Of a stretch of DNA of 64,000 nt, positions 1 through 12,288 are shown in pieces (within the stretch, counting starts at the first letter, position 1; each line of letters opens with the position of its first letter). Under the pieces are notes generated by a model. The model did not search any database and was not told the DNA's origin. It worked only from the letters and a program-made list of their open reading frames with translations. A program made the position numbers and the translations under genes. Location of the stretch: assembly GCA_951406725.2 (NCBI GenBank), contig OX597819.1:71920001-71984000 (forward strand), given 5' to 3'. The stretch comes from Octopus vulgaris. Taxonomy: Eukaryota.

Positions 1-124
1 AATATACCGATAGAATAAGTACTAGGCTTACAAAGAATAAGTCCTGGGGTCGATTCGCTCGACTAGAGGCAGCGCTCCAATATGACAACAGCCAAATGAC
101 TGAAACAAGTAAAAGAATAAAAGA
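1..124 (+). mobile_element. SINE family A, 3' half
   Basis: Tail ccgatagaataagtactaggcttacaaagaataagtcctggggtcg...gaaacaagtaaaagaataaaaga matches copies at 3385-3490 and 41540-41660. Confidence 0.85.
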
Positions 125-194
<70 letters not shown>

Positions 195-348
195 TACACA
201 CACACACACATATATATATGTATGTATGTATGTATGAATATGTGTATATGTGTGTACGTATTATGTATTCGTTATACATACACTCTTTTAACGTGCGCTT
301 TTCAAAACGTACGCAGATGCAGGCTTGCATCGCACACAAACACACACA

Positions 349-389
<41 letters not shown>

Positions 390-745
390 AACAAACAAAC
401 AACTCTATATATTTCCCATTTGCACAGTATCGTTTTCAGAATGCTTTGAAGTGTGTAGACGCGCTCAACCCGAGTCGATATAACTTTCCACATGGTTACT
501 CGGCGAATATGTTATCCGCCTAGGAAGTATTTTCCAATTATTGCCACTTGGTGTGTTGTATTTATTTACATAATTTTAACTTGATCAAATCTATATATTT
601 TCAGTGTTGTTATTATGTACAATTGTAATGATGTATCTACGTATATTATTATAATTTGGTCCGATGGTGACATCAAGTTAGAGAGAGTGTTCTATCCAAA
701 AATGAAACAAAGCTGTCTTCGGTCTTGGTTGACATATTATTATTA

Positions 746-905
746 GGGGCAGGCGTGGCTGTGTGGTAACAAGATTGTTTCCCAACCACATAGTTCCGGG
801 TTCAGTACCACTGCGTGGCACCTTGGGCAAGTATCTTCTAGTATAGCTTCGGGCTGACCAGAGCCTTGTGAGTGGATTTCGTAGACGGAAACTGAAAGAA
901 ACCTA

Positions 906-906
<1 letters not shown>
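746..906 (+). mobile_element. SINE family A, 5' half (tRNA-like head plus CORE-like segment)
   Basis: A-box-like tggctgtgtgg, B-box-like ggttcagtacc, then ccttgggcaagt resembling the CORE domain; many copies in the window. Confidence 0.85.
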
Positions 907-944
<38 letters not shown>

Positions 945-945
<1 letters not shown>

Positions 946-1606
946 TAGCAGTAATACCCGTCGTTCATCGGATAATTACTTTTACTCTTTCTCAGGAGTC
1001 ACATTCAAAGTATTATTATATAATAGATTTCTCAACGGGGATTTCAGGGGAGAGTTTCAGGGAGTCGTTGGCGATGTATCGTGATGATCAAAAATCCGGC
1101 CTGCAAAAATATGGTTAAAGTGATTCAAACTGCAGACTCAACGCAAAATGGTTACATTTAATTCAAAGCTTTAAAACTGTTATGAAAACCATTGGTATGT
1201 GTTCCCAAAGTCCAAACGATTAATACGAAAAAACCCTCCAACTACATCCCGAAAATTCATTTCTTTGCCGAATTTCTACAATGTTTACGGCGATACGTTT
1301 TCATATCTTGATTTTTTTATTTTTCATGCAATTTACGCATGCTTTCACGCGTGGTGAACACAGTTCACGTCAAACAGCTGACTGAGTAAAGTTCACTATT
1401 CAAAGCATGGGATAAGGCCTAAACAAACACATTATCGATTTTTGCACTTGCGAGATGAATTTCGGAACAGAAATAGTGCAGTTCAATTTTCATTCGCCTA
1501 AACTTTAAGTGACCCATTTTTGGTGGTTCTTCGATTTGTTGGCTAGGAGGAGATGTGCCGGGAAGTTAAACACACAGACACACAAGTTGAGTTTTATATA
1601 TATAGA
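945..1606 (-). mobile_element. Non-autonomous Helitron-like element
   Basis: Minus strand begins A|TCTATATATATAAAA and ends CTAG|T with a subterminal GC-richer hairpin-like segment; same termini as 20448-20960. Confidence 0.65.
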
Positions 1607-1614
1607 TATACATA

Positions 1615-1671
<57 letters not shown>

Positions 1672-1676
<5 letters not shown>

Positions 1677-1982
1677 TAAATATTAGAGAGTGACCACTAT
1701 GTGGTTCACTCTAGTGCTAATCTAGTGCTCAGGGTTAATGTATTTTTTCGTTGTGTTTCACTTACCTTACGTTGAATGTAGCGGTATTTCTTCTTGGAAA
1801 CAACTTTTAGTGACTATACCATTAGCGGACCTATTTTTAGCACTAGAGTGAACCACATAGTAGTCACTCTCTAATATTTATGTATAAATTTATATTTTTC
1901 CCTTGGTTTTTATATGCTAAGCCACTTAGTGTTAAATTGATGGTATTATTAAATTAATATCAAATTTTTCACCCTCATTTAT
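1672..1982. repeat. ~55-bp inverted repeat pair plus AT-rich tail, probable Penelope-like terminus in (TA)n
   Basis: tacataaatattagagagtgaccactatgtggttcactctagtgctaa (1673-1720) is inverted at 1837-1885; the tail resembles the reverse complement of 16321-16395. Confidence 0.6.
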
Positions 1983-1999
1983 AAATATATATATATATC

Positions 2000-2310
2000 G
2001 GAGATGTATTTGCATAGCAAGTGACATGATCTGAGATCGTGTGCGTGCTGGAACGAAAACAATTGCAGCGTGGAAGGTGTTTGTAAGCCATTTTATGAAG
2101 CACACAAAAACTGTTAGATTCACTTCAACATTTACGTTTAATTTGCCAAAATATTTTCGTCGCTTTGAGACTACGTCCTGTTCACTGACAAAATTCTGCG
2201 CTGCATCTCTGAAATGCAGCACGGAATTTTGTCAGTGAACAGTTTGCAGTCTCAAAGTGAAGAAAATATTTTGGCAAATTAAACTTAAATGTTGAAGTGA
2301 ATCTAACTGT
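2000..2310. repeat. Fold-back of Penelope-like terminal repeats, each arm carrying a variant hammerhead motif
   Basis: Arms 2113-2206 and 2214-2307 are inverted copies; each reads TTTGTCA-GTGAACA-G-stemII-GAAA-ATAT-TT-TGGCAAA. Confidence 0.7.
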
Positions 2311-2334
2311 TGATATATATATATATATATATAA

Positions 2335-2490
2335 TAAAATATTAGGGAATAAATCCAAACTTACAGGGAAAAATCAGATTTAGGATTGAATCCAATTTTA
2401 TAGTAAAATATTATATTATATTAAATTAGAGATAAAACCACTATTAGGCAAATCATACACTGAAAAACTCAAGCCAATACATAAGATTAA
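2335..2490 (-). mobile_element. Penelope-like terminal fragment
   Basis: aaattagagataaaaccacta... is shared with 36148 ff., where it lies just 3' of a hammerhead motif on the minus strand. Confidence 0.5.
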
Positions 2491-2617
2491 TTAATTTATA
2501 TTATTTTAAATATATATCAAAATTATGCATAAAAGCGCACATGTTAAAAGATTGTACATATAACAAATACATAATACGCGCACATAGCATTCACATATAT
2601 TTACATATTCATACATT

Positions 2618-2905
2618 ATGGCTGCCCTCTCGTTATCGAGTATGGCCATTGCACGAAGCTTAACTGTTACTGGTGCTGTGATCGAATGTGACTTTTTAGC
2701 CCAGCTAAAAATCTACAATGTCTTGTACAAAATTGGCAACTAAAACCTTTACTGCTAATAGCCGGCTGTAATTGTAACTGGGCTTCATGTACCTTTGCAT
2801 GTTGTTTAAGTCCTCCTGCCGAATTACACTATCTTCCACATGCCCGACAGATATGATTAGTATGGTGTGTTACACCACCACCAGTGGCCAGGTTGTCACT
2901 CATCT
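2618..2905 (-). mobile_element. Possible RTE-type LINE 3' remnant
   Basis: Terminal ggctgccctctcgttatcgagtatggccat hairpin resembles RTE 3' ends (recall only); no intact ORF. Confidence 0.3.
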
Positions 2906-2985
2906 GTCTCTATTCATACATACATACATACATACATACATACATACATACATACATACATACATACATACATACGTACATACAT

Positions 2986-3154
2986 AGGAGCAGTAATGGC
3001 TGTGTAGTAAGTAGCTTGCTTACCAATCACATGGTTCCGGGTTCAGTCCTGTTGTGTGGCACCATGGGTAGGTGTCCTTTACTATAGTCTCGAGCCGATC
3101 AAAGCCGTGTGAGTGGATTTGGTAGACGGAAACTGAAAGAAGCCCGTCGTATAA

Positions 3155-3216
<62 letters not shown>

Positions 3217-3660
3217 GTGTGTGTGTGTGTCCGTCCGTGTGTGTGTGTGTGTGTCCGTGTGTGTGTCCGTGTGTGTGTGTGTGTGTAAATTTGCATGTGT
3301 GTCTGCGTTTCTCTCCCACCATTGCTTGGCAACCGATGTTGGTGTGTTTATGCCCCCGTAAACTAGCGGTTCGGCAGAAGAGGCTGATAGAATAAGTATT
3401 AGGCTTACAAAGAATAAGTTCTGGGGTCGATTTCTTCGACTAAAGGCGGTGCTCCAGCATGGCCGCAGTTAGATGACTGAAACAAACAAAATAATGTTTT
3501 CTCCTCTAAGCACAAGGCCTGAAATTTTCTGGGAGAGGGTCAGTTGTTTAGATCGACGCCAGTACGCAACTAGTACTTAATTCTTCGACCCCGAAAGGAT
3601 GAAAGGCAAATTCGACCTCGGAAACAAGTAAAAGAATAAAAGAACAAAAGAATAAAAGAT
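2986..3660 (+). mobile_element. SINE family A, full length with internal (TA)/(TG) microsatellite; tail interrupted by an inverted SINE B fragment (3497-3620)
   Basis: Head, CORE-like body, microsatellite 3150-3290, 3' half, tail resumes at 3621. Confidence 0.85.
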
Positions 3661-3676
3661 AATTTTTCCCTTCGTT

Positions 3677-4088
3677 AAGGCGAATCGTTAGCACGCCGGA
3701 CAAAACGCCTAGCGATATTTCGTTCGTCTTTCTGTTCTGAGTTTAAATTAGGTCGTGGCTGATTTCGCACTTCATCCCTTTGGGATCGATAAAATAAGTA
3801 CCAGTTGGACACTGGGGTCGAAATTATTAGCCTTGTGCCAAAGTTTGAAGCCAATATTTCCCCTCGTTAAGGCGGTGAGCTGGCAGAATCGTTAGTGCGC
3901 CGGACAAAATGTCTAGCGGTATTTCGTCCGTCTTTACGTTGTGAATTCAAATTCTGCCGAGGTTCACTTTGCTTTTCATTATTTCGGTGTCGATAATTTA
4001 AGTACCAGTTGAATATTGGGTTCAATGTAATCGACTTACCCACCCCCTCCCTGAAATTTCTTGCTTTGTACCAACATTTGAAACCAAA
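3677..4088 (+). mobile_element. Two tandem SINE family B copies
   Basis: ggcg(gtgagctggca)gaatcgttagc...gagttcaaattc...gcctttcatcc...aagtaccag, each copy preceded by tttccc(t/c)tcgttaa. Confidence 0.85.
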
Positions 4089-4198
4089 ATTTTTCTCTTC
4101 AATAACATAATCTCATCTCTTTTACAAGTTCTCGAACGTTAAAACTCTTCAGGTTTCGAAGCGAAGAAACACTCAGTATAGTTTTTAAACTCTTATTC

Positions 4199-4236
<38 letters not shown>

Positions 4237-4355
4237 TAATAAAATAAAATGATGATAATGATAATGATGATGATGGGGGGAGGTAATGGCGGTGGTAGCG
4301 GTGGTAGCGGCGGTAGCGGCGGTGGCGGTGGTAGTGGTAATGATGACGATGATAA
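4199..4355. repeat. Compound (AAT)n/(GAT)n/(GGT,GGC)n microsatellite
   Basis: Direct reading. Confidence 0.95.
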
Positions 4356-5313
4356 GTTTTGTAACCGAATAATGGAACTTTGCACCGTTCTCTTTTTATC
4401 TTACTCATCTCATTGCAAGTTTGCTCTAACAAACTAATGTCTGTTATCTTAACATCAAACCTTTCTATAATTTGTTATCAACGTTTCGTTCTCTTGTTTT
4501 ATATCATTGTCTCTGTTACGTTTGTCTCTGTTATCACTTTATCACATTGCTACGTTGTTATTTTACCTATTATCTCTTACCTTCAAATCAGCCCTTTATA
4601 CAATTGTTATCAACGTTTCTTTTTAGCGCTTTTGTCTTTCATTGTACTTATAGTACATAATTGTTCAGTCATCATTTAGCTCTTCATTCTTTAACATGTT
4701 TTCTCTTGTGTTGCTCTTTTGGCCTGAATTTTATTTATTCGACATTGTTTATCATCTTAAGCGTCATTTTCGTTAGATTATTCATTTTACTTCTGTTTGA
4801 GCTTTTGTTTAACATCATCTAACAACATATTGGTAGAAAAGGTATTACATGACGATAAACGTCACCCATTGTTAAGCAGACGATAATCAGACTACGATAA
4901 CATCAATTTACATCTGACTTGTTTTAATAGGTATGTAAATACGGAGTCAGTCTCTAATCAAGGAAAAATAAGGCATGTAAGGAGAATTTACAGAAAAAAT
5001 ATCCTTAAACATTTGAACTATTAGAGTTTTAGTTTGTTAAAGTACTTATATTCTCATTGAAACTTCTAGTATTGTGTGTGTGTGTGTGTGTGTGTGTGCC
5101 TGCGCTATCGTAGGATTGTGATATTTGTTGGTTTGCGATGGTGGTCATCTAAACACTTTAATATTTAATATTCCATCTCCTCTTTGTGTATCGCATAAAT
5201 TAAAGCAAGCGTCGAACAAGACAGAATTCCAACAATCTTGTCGGTTTTGATCACATTATCATCAGCATCTGGGGTCAATTTAGCAATCATTAGAGTTTGA
5301 ACAGCACATTATA

Positions 5314-5364
<51 letters not shown>

Positions 5365-5598
5365 GTGATAAAGAATTTCATCTAGGCATACAGGGCAGAA
5401 ACGCAGCTAAAGTTCTCCTTCACGCACATTGTGTGTTTTGTCCATAAAAGATTGTTTTCACACAAAACATCGCAGTAGATTTTTGCCTATCACAATGTAT
5501 TTATATAAAGTATGATATAAAACCCGCTTAGATATTATAAATCTAGACAGATGTATAGGATTTGTGATATTTGTCATGAAATATAATAATAATAATAA

Positions 5599-5629
<31 letters not shown>

Positions 5630-5702
5630 AAGAAGAAGAAGAAGAAGAAGAAGAAGAAGAAGAAGAAGAAGAAGAAGAAGAAGAAGAAGAAGAAGAAGAA
5701 GA

Positions 5703-6268
5703 AATGCCCTGATGCAGTACCATACAGTGGCTCTCATGGCTTCTGATCTTAACTGATTGGAAGTGTTATCATGTACATTGTTTTGTCTTGGTATAAAAGA
5801 TGGGCTAAAGCAAATATTCTGCTCAATACCACAGAATTGCTTGTCAGTTGTTTGACCTTAACCAGTTGACAATGTCCCATAGTGGCTAACGATATGTGCA
5901 TCTCTGATCATGAGCAGAAGTAGTTGGGGAGCATCATAGCCGTGTGTTGAAAGGAATCCTTAGAGGTTTGGATAATTCACCTTTGGAAACATGGGTGATT
6001 CGTTCAACATCCGTAAACAATCCTTATTCAGGGACATTTTGAGCGGGATGGGTCACTCGACCAGAAGAAAATTCTAACTGGGCCCCATCTGCAAGGTCAT
6101 GCGCTGTTTATCTTGATATGAGATCACCATGTCGCCCACATATGGTTGTGATGCATGTGCCTGGTGTACCCTGATCAGACGGGCAGTTATGATAGGTATA
6201 CTGGGCTTCGTATATTTTACCCTAGTGTCACTTTGATGGCATGTACTGCTCTCTCACTCAATAATAAT
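5703..6268 (+). mobile_element. ~570-bp ORF-less retroposon ending in (AAT)n (family T), full length
   Basis: Near-identical to 22578-23140 and to the reverse complement of 7081-7580; all copies lie in (TAA)n-type tracts. Confidence 0.85.
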
Positions 6269-6271
6269 CCC

Positions 6272-6569
6272 TTAAAATTTGAAATAGGAAGAATTTGGAG
6301 CATGCGAATAGTAAAGGTCGTGCCTTTAATAACTGGTGCGTTGGGAACAGTAAGCCAAGATATAAACAAATGGCTGAAGGCGATTGAAATAGAATGGCCG
6401 GTAGAGCACCTATGGGATGTTTGTCTCTTAGGAACAGCAAGGATTATTAGGAGGTTTCTAAGCACTTGAAAGACTGCTCAAAACCTGTGGATACTTAAGG
6501 TTACATATTATAAACCGCTATCCACACAATTCCTACCAGGAATAAGACCGAACCTGAGCCAAAACAAAA

Positions 6570-6657
<88 letters not shown>

Positions 6658-6680
6658 TAATAAAAATAATAATAATATCA
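6272..6680 (+). mobile_element. RLE-type (R4/Dong-like) LINE, extreme 3' fragment with (AAT)n tail
   Basis: LKFEIGRIW...VVPLITGALG...LLGTARIIRRFL* C-terminal motif, 3' UTR hairpin, (AAT)n. Confidence 0.85.
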
Positions 6681-6729
6681 TTTTATAATCAAATTATATA
6701 TTATCATCTTATAATTAAATTTCTTTTAG

Positions 6730-6897
6730 AACTTCTAATTTTCTTAAGCTTTCAAAGACATTCTCTAGAATAATTGTACAAAACAAAAATATGGCACCCT
6801 AGTCATAACACCAACTTGAACTTTTAACTTGTTGTTTCCTGAGGTCTCTATGTGAGACTTGGAGTCAACTTGTACAAATACAAAGCAAAAACCATAC

Positions 6898-6930
<33 letters not shown>
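6730..6930 (+). mobile_element. RLE-LINE 3' UTR-only fragment (same family as 22085-22475)
   Basis: ggcac(c/a)ctag...gaggtctc...gagacttgg...caac shared with 22395-22471, then (AAT)n. Confidence 0.7.
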
Positions 6931-6958
<28 letters not shown>

Positions 6959-7080
6959 AAGAAGAAGAAGAAGAAGAAGAAGAAGAAGAAGAATCATTAT
7001 TATTACTATTATCTATTATTATTATCATTACTATTATTGCTATTATTATTATTATTATTATTATCATTATTATTATTATC

Positions 7081-7580
7081 ATTATTCAGTGAGCGAGCAG
7101 AGCATGCCATCGAAGTGACACTGGGGTAAAATATACGAAGCCCAGTATACCCATCATGACTACCCGTCTGATAAGGGTACACCAGGCACATGCATCACAA
7201 CCATATGTGCGCGACATGGTGATCTCATATCAAGATAAACAGCACATGACCTTGCAGGTGGAGCCCAGTTAGAATTTTCTTCGGATCGAGTAACCCATCC
7301 CGCTCAAAAGGTCTCTGAATAAGGGTTGTTTAAGGATGTTGAACGAAACACCCATGTTTCCAGAGGTGAATTATTCAAACCCCAAAGAATCCTTCTCAAC
7401 ACATGGCTATGATGCTCCCTCACTACTTCTGCTCGTGATCAGAGATGCACATATCGTCAGCCACTAAGGGACATGCTCAACTGGTTAAGGTCAAACAACT
7501 GACAAGCAAATCTGTGGTATTGAGCAGAATATTTGCTGTAGCCCATCTTTTATACCAAGACAAAACAATGTACATGATAA
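7081..7580 (-). mobile_element. Family T retroposon, 5'-truncated
   Basis: Reverse complement of ~5767-6265; flanked by (ATT)n on both sides. Confidence 0.85.
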
Positions 7581-7601
7581 TTATTATCATCATTATTATT
7601 A

Positions 7602-7635
<34 letters not shown>

Positions 7636-7636
<1 letters not shown>

Positions 7637-7905
7637 TCATTTACACACAATAGATTACACTATCGGTGGGGGGGGGTACTAAAATTGGGCAACAATAAGT
7701 ATCCTCAGATGCTAAGAACATTCCTAAATATTCTAGCTGCCCCAAATAATAATGATTTCTAGAGCCACACTAAACCCGGTTTTATGTGTATTTCCATTAT
7801 CAATCTTTTCAAATCCTTAAGAATCGTTCCTAAGGCACCTATAACTACAGGGATACATTTTACCCACACTTTCCATGGCTTCTGTAACTTAATGTCTAGG
7901 CCTGT
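7636..7905 (-). mobile_element. RLE-LINE 3' fragment, decayed
   Basis: Minus strand encodes PVVIGALGTILKDLKRL...KSLLFGAARIFRNVLSI*, followed by (AAT)n. Confidence 0.75.
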
Positions 7906-7984
7906 TTATTATTCTCTATACCTTTCATATTAACTTCCTCATCATCATTGTCATCATCATCATCATCATTATTATTATTATTAA

Positions 7985-8062
<78 letters not shown>

Positions 8063-8227
8063 TATTATTATTATTATTACAGATGGAGAACAATTCCTTT
8101 TCCTAAGAACCTAAATAAGCTTTGGATTATATATTTACATCTTGTCACACTCAACATGAATTAGGTGTTAGAGTTCTTTTATCCGTCGTCTTTTCATCTC
8201 ATTGTTACATTATTCTTACATTATGCA

Positions 8228-8261
<34 letters not shown>

Positions 8262-8327
8262 AATATATATATATATATTTATATATACATACATACAAAT
8301 ATACATATATATATATACATACATACA

Positions 8328-8360
<33 letters not shown>

Positions 8361-8841
8361 GTGTGTGTGTATATTATATATATATATATATACGTATATG
8401 TGTATATATATATGTGTGTGTGTGTGTGTATACACACCTACGTTATCTCCCCTTCAAGCTTTTATGTAATTATCACTTGTTTCTTTTAACTGCTTTATCT
8501 CGTTGTATCTGCTATGTTTTATCTCATATCTTTTTATCTCGTTGCTACATTATTCTTATACATACTATCTGCCATATCCACATCAGCAACTTATAGAGTT
8601 GTTATCAATGTTTCATTCAATTGTTTTATCTTATTGCATCTACAATGCTTTCTTTCTCTTATTTATTACTCTAACTGTTCTCCATCAACTTTTAGAATAT
8701 GTTTCTTGCAAACATATTGTGCTGTTCTTTTGGTTTAAATTATATTTATTTAAGATTTTTCTCGCCTTACGCTGGCACAATGCAAAAATCTTTATTTTTA
8801 TTTCTCCTGGTCTTTCTATTTCAACATACATCAATAAGTAA

Positions 8842-9465
8842 GTAGATGCACGAAGCAGTGACGGAAAGTAAACGAACTTAAACTCAGTTCAAATATGTTT
8901 GAGGGATATTCGAACACGTAAAAGGCTTTCGCTGCAGTTTGTCATGCAAATAACTTTTCGCTTAGGACAAAAAGATGTCAAAATACCATAATCAGCTCGG
9001 ATCGCACTTTGTTGGACTGAGGGGTGCATTTCGAATGCTTTAGTTCTCTTCAGTACCAGATACTACATACAAGAAACTCTAGCCTAGCAAGGAAGCGAAG
9101 TACAGTTATAAAAAAAAGATCAATGTTATAACCTAAAATGAGAATTTATTCTCAATGCAATACTACGGAGAAAAGCCTTTTACGGAAACATATTTGAACT
9201 GGTTTTCACTTTTAGTCACTGCTTCGTGTTTCTACGCACGAATTTGTTCTGGTTTAGCCGCCAGTACGCGCTATCAATCATTGATATTGATAAATTTCTT
9301 CCTATCAAAGTCAGAGTTACCTCTCTTTGTTATTTGGTGCTGAGGAGGACTGACTCGGTGGAAATGAATCCATCAATCAAATACAGACTCTTTCGATCTG
9401 ACTACGATGTACTGACACATTTTTGCTCAAGCGAGAATTATTTTCTCCGATACAAACTACGGTAA
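8842..9465 (+). pseudogene. Decayed coding segment of an unidentified gene
   Basis: One frame runs ~200 codons with only a few stops; 9142-9465 is fully open (EFILNAILRRKAFYGNIFELVF...YFLRYKLR*). Non-repetitive sequence. Confidence 0.35.
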
Positions 9466-9531
9466 AATGTTTTTTACGGGTTCGACTATCTCACAAACAT
9501 ATTTGAAACTACATGGCACTTCAAGAATATT

Positions 9532-9682
9532 TTTTCACATTTGACAGATATTTGTCCTCATCTTGTTTGTTGTTAACTCAACGTTTCAGCTGATATACCC
9601 TCCTGCCTTCATCAGATGTCATGGGGGAAATTTCGAACCTGGTTTCTCATTCCTAAGGTATTTTTCGATGTTGTTGTTGTTG

Positions 9683-9755
<73 letters not shown>

Positions 9756-10086
9756 CATTATTATTATTATTATTATTATTATCATTATTAATATTATTAT
9801 TATTATTCAGGTCACTGCTTGGAATCGAACACGGAATCTTGGGGTTAGTAGCCCGTGCTTTTAACCACTACGCCATATGCTGATGGGCATATATTAAAAA
9901 GTATTAAATAAATGTTTATTAATATTTTGTGAAGACATAGGCGACGAGTTGACATAACCGTTAGCACACCGGGCAAAATACTTAGCAGCATTTCGTCCTA
10001 ATTTCAAATGCCGCCGAAGTCGATTTTACCTTTCATCAAATGTAAATAATGTACATAATTCATCATCTCTTGAATATAGGACTGCA
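9532..10086 (-). mobile_element. tRNA-headed, hammerhead-containing retroposon (family P) with inverted tail, captured local DNA and 12-bp TSD
   Basis: tRNA-like head 9808-9878, (AAT)n, CTGATGA...GAAACGTT at 9575-9620, inverted tail 10036-10086, TSD ttcaagaatatt at 9520-9531 and 10087-10098. Confidence 0.8.
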
Positions 10087-11079
10087 TTCAAGAATATTGC
10101 TAAACGAATACAACGACGAAATATTTTTTATTTATCTTAAATTTTTAAAGCAAAAATTTTTTCAGTTTTAGACGCGTATCGTTTTTAGATATTTAAATAC
10201 CAGAAAGGGGGGGAAATATTGTTCCCAAGGTTTTAGACGTCTCTAGATTATAAATTTGAAGAATCTTCTGACTGATTGTTTGCTGTGAGGGTGATTGCAA
10301 CTGAACTCATTTCATTGGATATCAATTAAATGATATTTGATGTTATTTTTTTTATTCGATAAAATCGAAATCTAAACGATAAAGTATTGTTTTTCGAATG
10401 AAACATGTATACTTTTATTGAGTTTTGATGGACAAAAGGCGTAAGTTGATACGTGAACCGTGATTGGTTAAAACGTACAAAAATCGACTTCTCGACTCAA
10501 AATTGTTGGCTTTGAATCCCGCAACCGACCGGCATTCCATTCAAGGGAAACGTTGTGAAGATGGTATCTTACACACCATGGAAAGCAGCTTCTAGGGCTC
10601 AAGGAAAAAAAAATATATGTAGGACTCTGCATAATCCAATGTGTCCTTCGTTGTTGAAGACAGAAGTGTTTGGTTTGAGAGTCATTTGGTGGGTATTTCT
10701 CGCAGTTTGATCGACGTCTTAGACCAAGAATCACGCAACAGGGATAAAAGTTAAGATTTTAGCGGGTAACTCGATCAGCATTTGAGAAATATCTCACAAA
10801 ACCTCAAACACGTATAGTTAACCATGTAACAAAGTCATGGTTGAATTGGACGACATTTTCTGTTCATGCTTTTGTATATCAATTTGTTTATTTACATAAA
10901 TGCGTGAAGCTAAATTGGTAGAATATTAACATTTTGTATCTTTTTTCTTGATTTCTGTGTATCTTGTCTGATATGAGAGCCAAAAAATATATATATTTTA
11001 TAGAGAGTTTTATGTGAAGTGACGTGTGAAAATTGTAGAGTAATAATTTTTTTACTATTCAAAAGCTATTGAATCTGCA

Positions 11080-11173
<94 letters not shown>

Positions 11174-11390
11174 ACATTTATATACACTTAGGTATATATT
11201 TATATATAGAAAAATAAAGATGAATGATGTGCTACCAGTATTTACGCTCCTCCAGAGTATAAAAAATTTTCTTTTGTTTACATTTTGAATAGATCTTAAC
11301 GTTTAACAAACAAGCACCAACTAATTACGAATTCATAAAATATATTAAAAAGTATTAAATAAATGTTTATTAATATTTTGTGAAGAAATA

Positions 11391-11591
11391 GGCGACGAGC
11401 TGACATAACCGTTAGCAAGCCGGGCGAAATTCTTAGCAGCATTTCGTCCCGAGTTCAACTGCCGCCGCGGTCGATTTTGCCTTTCATCCATTCTGGGTTG
11501 ATAAACTTAATACCAGTTGAACACTCAGGTCCATATAATCGATTTGGTCCCTCCCCCGAAATTGCTGGCCTTGTGCGAAAATTTGAAATCC
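11391..11591 (+). mobile_element. SINE family B with 18-bp TSD
   Basis: atattttgtgaagaaata at 11373-11390 and 11592-11609. Confidence 0.9.
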
Positions 11592-11783
11592 ATATTTTGT
11601 GAAGAAATATCAAAAGCAATGTAAGGTACTCTGAAGAAGCGTTAGGTAATTCACGTGTTCATACGGTTTACTATACTCAAATGAATATTTTTTCTGCTAA
11701 ATTCTATGTTTGTGAATTGTTGAATTGTAAGTATAAATTGAGTAATATTTTCTTGTTATAGCATATACATGTATATATGTGTG

Positions 11784-11822
<39 letters not shown>

Positions 11823-12213
11823 AGATGCATGTATGTTTGTATATATGTGTGTGTGTGTGTGTGTGTGTATGTGTGTGTGTGGGGGGGTGTACTCTACGTC
11901 CAACCCAGCATGGAAAACAGACATTAAACGATGATGATGATGTCTCTTTTTTATTTGGTCTGCAAGATTCCTTGGTGTGAATTCGTGTGTTGAAACAAAT
12001 CTCGTCGCGTCTTTGGAGGGACAACAATAATAAACACTTGTACTGGTGCGTGTGTTTGTTATTATCGACGAAATTACCCTCCCAAGACGCAACAATATGT
12101 GTGTGTATGTGTGTGTGCATTTGTGCGTGTATCTGTGTGTATGTGCGTGCGTGTTTATATGTATGCATATGTACGTTTTATGCACACACATATACATACA
12201 TATATACACACAT

Positions 12214-12288
<75 letters not shown>

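Noticed and set aside
5703-5775. HDV-like ribozyme or telomerase RNA as origin of family T
   Set aside because: I could not build P1 or the catalytic J4/2, and there is no CTAACCCTAA template.
6155-6469. 104-aa ORF as one protein
   Set aside because: Chance in-frame fusion of the family T tail with an RLE-LINE fragment.
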